NCBI GenBank assembly: GCA_964016885.1
Contig: OZ024749.1
Location: 6,944,001-7,008,000 of the forward strand
DNA length: 64,000 nt
Reading direction: 5' to 3'
Origin: Eledone cirrhosa
Lineage: Eukaryota
How positions within the stretch are numbered: position 1 is the stretch's first letter; every line of letters starts with the position of its first letter. Below, piece by piece: positions 11,216 to 22,936 of the stretch. Position numbers and translations under genes: made by a program. A model generated the notes under the pieces. The model had not been told where the DNA came from. It ran no database searches and saw only the letters and a program-made list of their open reading frames with translations.

Positions 11216-13240
11216 GATTACTAAATAAGGAGAATGCATGGGAAGAAGAGACCCTACCCCAAGTAGACCCTATAGAGGGGCCAGCAGTACAAGTCAGCAG
11301 CAACGTAGTAAGTAAGGCAATCAAAGATATGAAGATGGGGAAGGCAACCGGTCCATCGGGTATAGCTGCCGAGATGCTGAAGGCATCTGGGTCTGTAGGT
11401 CACACTATAACCACACGTATTGTTAACCAGGTAATACTAGAAGGTGTCATACCAAAAGATTGGTGCAGTAGCATCATTGTCAACTGCTACAAAGGTAAAG
11501 GCGATGCACTAGATAGAGGAAACTATAGAGGTATAAAGTTGATGGACCAGGTCATGAAAGTAACAGAAAGAGTTATAGCACAGCTGATTAGGGACCGGGT
11601 GAAAATAGACGAGATGCAATTTGGGTTTGTACCAGGAAGAGGCACCACTGATGCCCTCTTCCTTGTGAGGCAGTTACAGGAAAAGTACCCAGCTAAAAGT
11701 AAGCCACTCTACTAGGCATTTGTCGACCTTGAGAAAGCCTTTGACAGAGTTCCACGTACTGTAATCTGGTGGGCTCTTAGAAAACTAGGAGTAGATGAAT
11801 GGCTTGTGAAAGCAGTACAAGCCATGTATCGGGGAGCAGTCAGCAAAGTTAGGATTAGCAATGAGTATAGCGAGGAATTTAGCGTACAGGTTGGGGTCCA
11901 CCAGAGCTCTGTTCTTAGCCCCCTCCTGTTCATCATAGTCCTGCAGGCAATAACGGAGGAATTTAAGACCGGATGCCCATGGGAACTCCTGTATGCTGAT
12001 GACCTCGCACTCATAGCTGAATCTATGGTAGAACTAGAGAATAAATTCCAAACTTGGAAGCAGGGACTAGAAAGAAAGGGTCTCAAAGTCAACATGACAA
12101 AGACTAAGGTCCTTGTAAGTAGACGAGAAAACAGAACCCAGATCCCCTCAGGGAAATGGCCTTGCTCGGTATGTACGAAAAGTGTAGGTAGGAACTCCAT
12201 TCTCTGCCCCAAATGCAAACAATGGGTACACAAGAGATGTAGCGGGATCTCAGGAAGCTTAATTAAGAATGTAGGCTTCACATGCAGCAGCTGTGCTGGG
12301 ACAGCAAGCAGCAAACAGCCACAGGAAACAAGTACCACCAATCTCTGGGAGGGCTCTGTAGAAACAGTAGACAGCTTCTGCTACCTAGGTGACCGAATTA
12401 GCAGTGGAGGTGGGTGTTCAGAAAGTACAATAACTAGGATAAGTAAGGGATGAAAGAAGTTTAGGGAACTACTACCACTGCTAGCTGCAAAAGGCTTCTC
12501 CCTCAGAATGAAAAGCAGACTGTATGATGCGTGTATCCGAACAGCAATGTTGCATGGTAGTGAGACCTGGGCGCTGAAGGTGGAAGACTTACGTAGATTA
12601 GAGAGAAATGAAGCCTGCATGCTCCGATGGATGTGTAACAGTAATATACGTGAATGACAAAGCATAAATGAATTGAGAGAGAGACTGAGCATAAGAGGAA
12701 TCAAATGCTGTTTGCAGGAGAGGCGGTTGCGCTGGTATGGACATGTGATGTGTATGAAGGATGACAGCTGCACTAGAAGTTGATAGAAACCGCGGAGTGG
12801 GGAGACCCAAGATGACCTGGGATGAGGTGATAAAAGCCGACCTTACCCAATTACACCTCTCAAAGGCAATGACACACGACCGTGACCTCTGGCGTCATGC
12901 AGTAATACAGAGTACCCGACCTCCCATGGGTACATGCTGAAGCATATAAACAATATGCCCCCACACCCCCCACTGCAAGGTGGTCGTGGAGGTGCCACGG
13001 CAAAAAAGCACCCAGCCCACACTGTAAAGTGGACGTGTAGGCACCACGAAAAAGCACCCAGCACTCACTGTAAATGAGGTTGGTGTTAGGAAGGGCATCC
13101 AGCTGTAGAAATCAAGCCAAATCAGTTCCTGTATGAGCAAGGCATGGTCAGCCGACCAGACACAACAGGACAACCCGTCTAACCCATGCTAGCGTGGAAG
13201 AACGGACGTAAAACAGCGATGATGATGATGATGATGATGA
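11216..13240 (+). mobile_element. RTE-clade LINE (second subfamily), 5'-truncated, with stops
   Basis: Same RT motifs in ORFs 11197-11715 and 11806-12453; in-frame stops at ~11713, ~12451, ~12655; (GAT)n tail. Confidence 0.96.
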
Positions 13241-13271
13241 TATATATATATATCAATTGTGTATATATAAA

Positions 13272-13485
13272 TCCAGTTTACCCAGCTGTAGAAATGAGAT
13301 GATAGGACTGGGGTCCCTATCATTCCACTGTAAAGTGGACATGTAGGCGCCACAGTAAAAAAGCACCCAATACTCACTATAAATGAGGTTGGTGTTAGGA
13401 AGGGCATCCAGCTGTAGAAATCAAGCCAGAATCATTTCCTGTCCCACCCTTGCAAGCAGGGAAAAGCGGACGTAAAAATGATAAT
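13272..13485 (+). mobile_element. SINE family A, 5'-truncated
   Basis: Matches body and tail of 5142-5462. Confidence 0.85.
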
Positions 13486-14100
13486 ATATATACATATACA
13501 CGCATACATATATATGCATGTATACATATATATACACACACACACATACATACATATATACATACACACACATATATATATATATATACACACACATATA
13601 TATATACAGATATACATACATGTACGTACAAATACATATAAATACATGCACGCATACATACATGCACACACATATATACATGCATATATAAATACATACA
13701 TGCATACATAAAACATGCATGCACACAAATACATACATACATACACACACACACACAAATACATACATACACAAAAATACATACATACAAATACATACAT
13801 AGACACAAATACATACATACAAATACATACATACGCACAAATACATAAATACATACATACACACAAATACATACATACACACAAATACATACATACATAC
13901 ACACAAATACATACATACACACAAATACTCACAAATATATACATACATACACAAAAATACATACCTACATGCACACACACAACTACATACATACACACAA
14001 ATACATACATACATACACACAAATACATACATTCACACAAATACATACATACACAGAAATACAGACACACATAAATACATACATAGACATATACACACAC
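13486..14100. repeat. Compound (TA)/(CA)/(TACA) microsatellite
   Basis: Sequence composition. Confidence 0.95.
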
Positions 14101-14859
14101 AAATATAGGATTTTGTTGTTTATATTAAGTCATACACTTAGTTATTCTTGTTGTTGTTGTAGTTTATATTTTCCTCCGCTGTGACCCGTCTGTTTATTTC
14201 TTACTGCTTCCACTCTCTCTGTATCTCACTTTCTTTTTACCCCCTCTGCCAGTCACTCTCTCCGTTAGCCTCTTCCTCACACTTTCACTCACTCACTCTC
14301 TGCTACTTCCTCTCCATCACTTCCTCCCGTTTGACCCGTGTAAAATTCTTTCTTTCTCGCTCACATTTCAACCAGGTTGGATGGTCTTTATCTCTCGTCT
14401 ACGATTTCACAGAACTTATGTTCACTGATTTCAGGAACTTGACTCCTTCTTCCTCACTTTTCATTGCATTACCATCTTTGTTTGTTTACTGTCTCGCTCG
14501 TTTCCCCTATTTACGTGTCCCAACGACTTTCTTTAGCCGTTGTTCGCACCAACCAGAGGTATATGATCTTTAAAACGATGAAATACCAATGAAGGCTGGA
14601 AGATCACTGATGAAGGACTAATTTTATTCATATGTAACCCATTTGCAACCACGCAGCATGCCATTTTTTATATATATATATATTGTAGAATTTTTTCAGA
14701 ATGTTTTTGACTGCTGTTTCCTGTAAAGAGACATTCGTCTCATTCTGACATCACCAGCCATGTGTGTTTATTTTTATAATTCCGTACGAGGTGAACTAGC
14801 CTGCTTTTAAATTCCATTTTTGGCATATTTTGGCAGTGACTTAGGGTTATCGTGTTTGA

Positions 14860-14940
14860 GCTCTACTGAGGAACGATTCCAACCATGACCATCCCCACTG
14901 AAAAGTTTCATGAAATAGTCTTTTTAAGACTATATAGAGC
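14860..14940 (+). ncRNA. Putative type I hammerhead motif
   Basis: gctcta-CTGAGGA(14866)-...-GAAA(14912)TAGTCTT ttt AAGACT-ATA-tagagc; perfect 6-bp stem I and 8-bp stem III, stem II decayed. Confidence 0.6.
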
Positions 14941-15275
14941 ATTTGTAGTTTTTCAAAATTGAAGGATGAGTATTTAAGCTTTATTTTATTCAGAGTTAAG
15001 ACTCTATTGATTTTTTCCCTGGATTTCACAAAATCTGTGGATAAAATCTCTGTCTCGATTTTTTTTTTTAATTGAGTTTGAATTATTTTCCCATATCTTA
15101 CGTTAATTATTTTCCATTTTGACGTTATAATCACTTATATATTATGAAATACTGTTGGCTTCTTACTCACAATAATTTCTATATTTTCATTTTTATATAT
15201 ATATATGGGGCGGTGCCCCAGCATGGGCTCAGCCGGATGGCTGGAACAGATAAAAGAGTAAAAGAGTATATACAT

Positions 15276-15338
<63 letters not shown>

Positions 15339-15487
15339 GATATTAAATAAATGGAAACTATAATTATAAAACCATATTTATTCTATTATATATATTTCAA
15401 GGGTACCAAAACTTCGGTATGCTCTCATCTGATAAAATACAAAGTTTGTTTTATAAATATTGACATATCCAGGAATAAGATCTTAAC

Positions 15488-16661
15488 GGTTCAAGTTATT
15501 CCTGGATAGTCTATCGGTTCAAGTTATTCCTGGATAGTCTATCAGTTCAAGTTATTCCCGGATAGTCTATCAGTTCAAGTTATTCCCGGATAGTCTATCA
15601 GTTCAAGTTATTCCTGGATAGTCTATCAGTTCAAGTTATTCCTGGATAGTCTATCAGTTCAAGTTATTCCTGGATAGTCTATCAGTTCAAGTTATTCCCG
15701 GATAGTCTATCAGTTCAAGTTATTCCCGGATAGTCTATCAGTTCAAGTTATTCCTGGATAGTCTATCAGTTCAAGTTATTCCTGGATAGTCTATCAGTTC
15801 AAGTTATTCCTGGATAGTCTATCAGTTCAAGTTATTCCTGGATAGTCTATCAGTTCAAGTTATTCCTGGATAGTCTATCAGTTCAAGTTATTCCCGGATA
15901 GTCTCTCAGTTCAATTTATTCCTGGATAGTCTATCAGTTCAGGTTATTCCTGGATAGTCTATCAGTTCAAGTTATTCCTGGATAGTCTATCGGTTCAAGT
16001 TATTCCTGGATAGTCTATCAGTTCAAGTTATTCCTGGATAGTCTATCAGTTCAAGTTATTCCTGGATAGTCTATCAGTTCAAGTTATTCCTGGATAGTCT
16101 ATCAGTTCAAGTTATTCCTGGATAGTCTATCAGTTCAAGTTATTCCCGGATATTCTATTAGTCCAAGTTATTCCCGGATAGTCTATCAGTTCAAGTTAAT
16201 CCTGGATAGTCTATCGGTTCAAGTTATTCCCGGATAGTCTATCAGTTCAAGTTAATCCTGGATAGTCTATCGGTTCAAGTTATTCCCGGATAGTCTATCG
16301 GTTCAAGTTATTCCCGGATAGTCTATCAGTTCAAGTTATTCCTGGATAGTCTATCGGTTCAAGTTATTCCTGGATAGTCTATCGGTTCAAGTTATTCCTG
16401 GATAGTCTATCGGTACAAGTTATTCCCGGATAGTCTATCAGTTCAAGTTATTCCCGGATAGTCTATCAGTTCAAGTTATTCCCGGATAGTCTATCAGTTC
16501 AAGTTATTCCCGGATAGTCTATCAGTTCAAGTTATTCCTGGATAGTCTATCAGTTCAAGTTATTCCTGGATAGTCTATCAGTTCAAGTTATTCCTGGATA
16601 GTCTATCGGTTCAAGTTATTCCCGGATAGTCTATCAGTTCAAGTTATTCCTGGATAGTCTA
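15488..16661. repeat. 28-bp minisatellite (cagttcaagttattcc(t/c)ggatagtctat), ~42 copies
   Basis: Direct tandem repeat without spacers. Confidence 0.97.
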
Positions 16662-16799
16662 ACTAGGAATAACTTTAACCGTTAAGATCCTATATCATTG
16701 AATACTTACTCCAGAAAACCTGTCGAGTGCTTTGAATCAGTTATAAACATTTATATTTGTTGAATTACCAACAAATTAAATATCCCTTTTGCCTATATA

Positions 16800-17058
16800 T
16801 ATCACCTTGACCGACCAGTCTGTCGGGTACCAATCGGCACCACTGGTCACAGCACGTCGTGCTATTTTAGCCATAAGATAACGCCATTCGACTGGCTTGG
16901 CAGGCAGGCCAGTACTCATTTCTACAGCTGAGTAAACTGGAGCAACGTGAAATAAAGTGTCTTGCTCAAGGAAACAACACATCACCCGGTCTGAGAATTG
17001 AACTCACAACCTTTCAATTGCAAGTCCAATGCTCTAACCACTAATCCATGTGCCTCCA
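16800..17058 (-). mobile_element. SINE with family A head and a different tail
   Basis: Head matches up to gctgtagaaatgag, then unrelated sequence. Confidence 0.8.
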
Positions 17059-17299
17059 TAATATATATATATAATACTTATTCTATCTATAGTTGTAAAT
17101 TTTTCACTTCCACTTTTAATTTTCGTTCATCTATTTTATATATTTTAAAAATTTTGTTTGTTCCATTTATTTAGGAAAGAGGGGGGGGGGGTGTGATCTA
17201 CTTTCGCTTCCAGTTTAATTTCATTTAACTTTTTAGATAGATTTTAAATTTTGTGTTATTTGTTGTTTGTTGACTATTTTTTTTTTGTATTTGACTATA

Positions 17300-17615
17300 T
17301 AGTGGTTAGAGCATTGGCCTTGCAATCGAAAGGTTGTGAGTTCAATTCTCAGACCGGATGATGTGTTGTTTCCTTGAGCAAGACTCTTTATTTCACATTG
17401 CTCCAGTTTACTCAGCTGTAGAAATGAGATGATAGGGCCTGGGGGTCCATATCATTCCACTGCAAGGTGGTAGTGGAGGTGCCACGGCAAAAAAGCACCC
17501 AGCACTCACTGTAAATGAGGTTGGTGTTAGGAAGGGCATCCAGCTGTAGAAATCAAGCCAGAATCAGTTCCCGTCCCACCCTTGCAAGCAGGGAAAAAGC
17601 AGATGTAAAATGGTG

Positions 17616-17617
<2 letters not shown>
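17300..17617 (+). mobile_element. SINE family A
   Basis: Matches 5142-5462. Confidence 0.9.
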
Positions 17618-17646
<29 letters not shown>

Positions 17647-17960
17647 TGATATAAAGTATATATTTTTTGTTTATTATATATATATTTGGAGAATAGGATT
17701 GGCTGTGTAGTTGCTGGTTAAGTTAGGCTTAAAAATGGAATGAGAATAAGAAGAAAGCAAGAAGGGGTGAGGGGGTTTCCTCATCAGTTGTCTACTGGGG
17801 GTCTCGGATATTTCAACGTTTTAAAGACAATATATCTACCCCAGAGCGGTCAATAACTGGGTAAGTTATTGGGAAAATGGAGAAGGGAGCGAAGAAAAAT
17901 AGAAGGGAAAAGGGGAAGAAAAGAGAAAACAGTGAAAAAAATTCTCATTCCATTTTTAAG

Positions 17961-17999
<39 letters not shown>

Positions 18000-18004
<5 letters not shown>

Positions 18005-18081
18005 AATGTAGAAATGGCTTCTGATGATTTGCTCTGAATGAAACAGTTCTAGTTCTGTAGAAGCCATTTCTATATTAAATT
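18000..18081 (+). ncRNA. Putative hammerhead-like motif with ~22-bp stem I
   Basis: aatttaatgtagaaatggctt-CTGATGA-tttgctctgaat-GAAACAG ttctagtt CTGTA-gaagccatttctatattaaatt; register is 1 nt off canonical. Confidence 0.6.
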
Positions 18082-18158
18082 CAATGTTTACACTCTACTA
18101 ATGTATTGAGTACCTTACTTACTGTAGTTACCCCCAATTGAACCTAGGACCCTAGCTT

Positions 18159-18204
<46 letters not shown>

Positions 18205-18222
18205 TTACATACATACATACAT

Positions 18223-18730
18223 GGTGGCTGCCAACTCGTTTTCGAGTACGGCCACTACTTTATATGTAGGAGAACCCCTACCGATGCTCTGAGAACCCCT
18301 ACAGAATTTTTAGTCCAGCCAGCGACTTGAAAACTCTGGTAGGTACAAACGCTACACTTGTGACAATTATTGACACATAGTGCTGGGTGCATGGTACCAT
18401 GTGATGACAAGTGCAGAGAGATCTCCAGATATAAAGCAATGCCTGTGCCGTGAAGCTTTTATAGTGAGCAAAGGCACTGCACAAAGCCAGTCCCACTCTC
18501 TTAACCAAGATGATATTTACCAAAAAGAAGAACAAGTCAACATCATTGGAAACCATCATGGTTGCAGGTGTGAGGAGGGTGACTTTGGACATCCTGCAGG
18601 ACTAAAAACAAAACCTGTCAAAGGGCAAAGGAGCTCTTAAGAGTCAATGGCCATCCAAAATCACCGGGAGAGATGACCCCTTAGCCTTTGTCAAGGCAGA
18701 ATTCTAGGAGAAGGAAAACTCTGATATAAC
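18223..18730 (-). mobile_element. Non-autonomous retroposon (RTE 5'UTR-like) with 5' inversion
   Basis: Homologous to 26691-27298, but 18571-18730 is inverted; contains ggagaaggaaaactctga. Confidence 0.8.
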
Positions 18731-19118
18731 ATACATACATACATACATACATACATACATACATACATACATACATACTTACATATATATATATATACAT
18801 ACCTACCTACATACATACATACATATTTTACATGCAAATAGACATATATATACATTATATGTCTAGAAAACTAACATCTACATTTGCCTCAATTTCAAAG
18901 AAGTTTGTTTGGGAGAAAGTTATTTTGGTCTTTCTTTAATAAATAACTAGATAGCCTGATTGATGCCATTTGGCTACTACTCAGGTAAGTAACTTTCTCT
19001 GTGTAGTGAAGCAAGTGAGATCTTTATGTAATTAAAATATTACTTCTAAATATGTCTAAGATCTTGTTACATACTATAGGCTTATGTAACTAACAAAGAT
19101 CTTTGTATGATTAAACTG

Positions 19119-19119
<1 letters not shown>

Positions 19120-19174
<55 letters not shown>

Positions 19175-19180
19175 TGTATG

Positions 19181-19218
<38 letters not shown>

Positions 19219-19280
19219 TGTATGTATATATATATATATATATATACACATATATATATATATATATATATACATATATG

Positions 19281-19314
<34 letters not shown>

Positions 19315-19372
19315 CATATATATATACATATATGTATATATATATACATATATATATATATATACATATATG

Positions 19373-19416
<44 letters not shown>

Positions 19417-19422
19417 TATATG

Positions 19423-19465
<43 letters not shown>

Positions 19466-19585
19466 ACATATAGATATACATATATACACATATACATACA
19501 TAGGCACATGTATGATATATATAAACATATATGTGTGCACATATAAATATATATATATATGTGTGTGTGTGTGTGTCTATACACA

Positions 19586-19617
<32 letters not shown>

Positions 19618-19722
19618 CACACACATATATATATATATATAAACATGCATATGTGTCCATACATATATATATACACACACATATATATAAACACACACAC
19701 AAACACATACACACATATATAT
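19120..19722. repeat. Compound (TA)n microsatellite
   Basis: Sequence composition. Confidence 0.97.
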
Positions 19723-19909
19723 GCCTTCAACAACATATGTGGCCCTCTGCCACAACTCATTATTAATTTAACATTGCAAAGTTAGTTCATTGATAGAAAA
19801 ATTGAATACGGCAAGAAAGTTTTAAAGTATCGAGTTAGCTCAATAATTGAATGACTTTACATGCAATGTAGGAGTAGAAGAATTATTATCATTGTATACA
19901 GATCTAGGG

Positions 19910-20115
19910 TGGTGGATTATCAAAGTTGGCAGAGCAACAGACAAATGTGTAGCAGTGTTTGTTATGGAGCTATATGTTCTGAGTATAAATCCTGCCAAGG
20001 TCAACTTTGGCCTTTCACTTTCATCCTTCTGGGATTGATAGACTAAAGTACCAGTAATATATATGGGTTAATTTAATTGACTTTCCTCCTACCCTAGAAT
20101 TGCTGGCCTTGTATC
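19910..20115 (+). mobile_element. SINE family B (Meta-domain-like), decayed
   Basis: ttctgagtataaatcctgccaaggtcaactt...ttcatcctt...gata...aagtaccagt. Confidence 0.7.
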
Positions 20116-20116
20116 T

Positions 20117-20572
20117 ATCATCATCATCATCATCATCATCATCACCGTTTTACAGCCATTCTTCCATGCTAACATGGGTTAGACGGGTTGTCCTGTTGTG
20201 GGCAGTGTCTGGTTGGCTGACCTTGTCTTGCTCATACAGGAACTGATTCTGGCTTGATTTCTACAGCTGGATGCTCTTCCTAACACCAACCTCATTTACA
20301 GTGAGTGCTAGGTGCTTTTTTATCCATGGCGCCTACACGTCCACTTTACAGTGTGGCCTGGGTGCTTTTATTTTTTTGCTGTGGCACCTCCACGACCACT
20401 TTGGAGTGGAATGATAGGGACCCCAGCCCCTATCATCTCATTTCTACAGCTGAGTAAACTGGAGCAATGTGAAATAAAGTGTCTTGCTCAAGGAAACAAC
20501 ACATCACCTGGTCCGAGAATTGAACTCACAACCGTTCGATTGCAAGCCGAATGCTCTAACCACTAAGCCATG
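20117..20572 (-). mobile_element. SINE family A with longer RTE-type tail
   Basis: Head at 20440-20572, tail like 13000-13240, (CAT)n on plus strand. Confidence 0.88.
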
Positions 20573-20837
20573 TTAGAAACAATTATTCCATGGTAGATGT
20601 TAGAAGTTAGCAGTGAATTATTTGTCTGTTATTGCTGAGTTCAAAGTTAGTTATTTCACTAAACCTTCCATAACTGTTGGCTACATTGATGATTATATCA
20701 TAAGACCATATAAAGCAGTGGAGTTAATATGAAACATTGTGAGATATATCATAAATAACTGATAATTTTCAAAAAGCCGGTTCTGTGCAGTAGAAAAATA
20801 CAAAGTGCAAATGATGAGAAATAAAACAAAACTAAGT

Positions 20838-20926
20838 AATGGTCGTTTTGGAACCTCTATAATGCAGATGGCTAAATCTTCGGAGATTTACTCGTCTGCA
20901 TTGTAGAGGATTCCAAAACAACCATT
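20838..20926. repeat. Imperfect palindrome, ~42-bp arms
   Basis: aatggtcgttttggaacctctataatgcaga...tctgcattgtagaggattccaaaacaaccatt. Confidence 0.88.
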
Positions 20927-20934
20927 TTTCATAC

Positions 20935-21100
20935 TCCACAATGCTTCAAACGAACTTAAATATTCTCTTAAAACAAAGTAAAATATTTCAACATGATATT
21001 TCAGGGGTAATATCCTCTTTTCAAATGTGGAGCTGAAACGGAAAACAAATTGAATGATTGATGTGTTCTTCCTTAACTGGCCTATGTGTCTGTAATACAC
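20935..21100 (-). CDS. Candidate host-gene exon (VYYRHIGQLR...EYLSSFEALW)
   Basis: Acceptor acttcacacag, donor gtatga, 166 nt, phase 0 to 1, open frame. Confidence 0.45.
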
Positions 21101-21337
21101 CTGTGTGAAGTCGTTATAGTAATCAGGGACTATAGTAATGAAAGGGATAACTGATAATACTTTCATTGCATGACATTTACAACACATCAGGAGGATGTTG
21201 CCTCAGGATCCTAGCAGACAGCATTGTATATGTGTTATTGAGAAGGATTGGAAGGGAGATGCATTGAAAGAGACACTTTAAATCAGAGAGCTCTGAACCT
21301 AGTTTAGAAAAGCATATATATATATACAGGAACTCAT

Positions 21338-21697
21338 TTAACCCTTTAGTATTTACATTAGTCTATATTTACTATTGTATTTTCATGGTAAAAGTTTTAC
21401 CTCACATAATATTGAATCTATGAGATTGATATCATTTATTTGAAGGGCGATGGTTTGGTAGATTTATGGCTCTTTGTGTTCTGAGTTCAAATCCCGTCGA
21501 GGTTAACATGACTTTTCATCCTTATAGGGTTCAATAACATAAAGTACCAGTGATGCACTGGAATAATTGCAGTGCCAAAAGTAGAAACAATTATTTATTT
21601 TAAGAACAATACCTTAAAGTTGGTATGTGGGGCCAGTTACAGCCGGTTTGAACAGAATTGTGGGCAGATACAGCTGGTTTAAATGCTGAAGGGTTAA
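21338..21697. mobile_element. TTAA-flanked MITE (piggyBac-like) with an internal family B SINE
   Basis: TTAA-CCCTTTAGTATTTA ... TAAATGCTGAAGGG-TTAA; SINE-like sequence at ~21445-21595. Confidence 0.65.
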
Positions 21698-22377
21698 CAA
21701 GCATAACCTTAAGATGAGTTTTAGCTCCATGCTCAACTTCAAAAGTAACCCCCTCCCACTCCGCTATTAACCAGGGCTGGATGTTCACCTTCTGAGTCTC
21801 CAAGCTATACAAAATTTGATGCCCCTGTTTTACATGACGGGGTCATGTAAATCAGGGGTTATAATCTATAAGGAAACAAACCTACTAAAAACAGAGAAAT
21901 ACAATTATCAATTGAAGAAGAAATATGTTTGTTTAACAGAAAAACAAAATAACTCTAATTATGTCTAACATATGGAAACCAGTAGAAGAGGTGTGATGAG
22001 GAGAAATTGGAAAGAAGAGACATAGTACACACACACATATTGGTAAAACACACACATTTCTAAAACATACACACACATTCATAAAATAGACACACACACA
22101 CACACACATATGTAAAACACACACATTTCAAACACATACACACACATTCATAAAATAGACACACACACACATTCATAAAATAGACAGACACACACACACA
22201 CATTCATAAAATAGACACACACACACACATTCATAAAACACATACACACACATTCAGTCAAAAGAACAAAGACACAAAGTTATTTTATGTTGTTTTAGAA
22301 ACAAACAACATTAATTACTATAATTTAAAATAACATTAATTAATAAAAATTGATGTTTAAAACGTTTTCAAAATCAA

Positions 22378-22739
22378 TATATATATATTTAAATACATAT
22401 ATATATACATATACACATTTATATATATATACATACATATATACACATTTATATATATATACATACATATATACACATTTATATATATATACATACATAT
22501 ATACACATTTATATATATATACATACATATATACATACATATATATATACATACATATATACATACATATATACATACATATATACATACATACATATAT
22601 ACATACATACATATATACATACATATATACATACATATATACATACATAGAAATATACATACATATATACATACATATATACATACATATATATATACAT
22701 ACATATATACATACATATATACACATATATATATACATA

Positions 22740-22775
<36 letters not shown>

Positions 22776-22832
22776 CATATATATATATACATATATATAT
22801 ATACATATATATATATACATATATATATATAC

Positions 22833-22883
<51 letters not shown>

Positions 22884-22884
22884 C

Positions 22885-22917
<33 letters not shown>

Positions 22918-22936
22918 CATATATATATACATATAT
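22378..22936. repeat. Compound (TA)n/(TACA) microsatellite
   Basis: Sequence composition. Confidence 0.97.

Noticed and set aside
15488-16661. CRISPR-like 28-bp repeats
   Set aside because: Units are contiguous with no unique spacers, there are no cas genes and the context is eukaryotic
18951-18990. Plus-strand micro-exon with CAG|GTAAGT
   Set aside because: No consistent plus-strand exon chain; same applies to the candidates at 45154-45211 and 46879
19074-19785. YI/IY/MYVC-rich ORFs here and throughout, including N-terminal extensions of LINE ORFs
   Set aside because: Microsatellites lack stop codons
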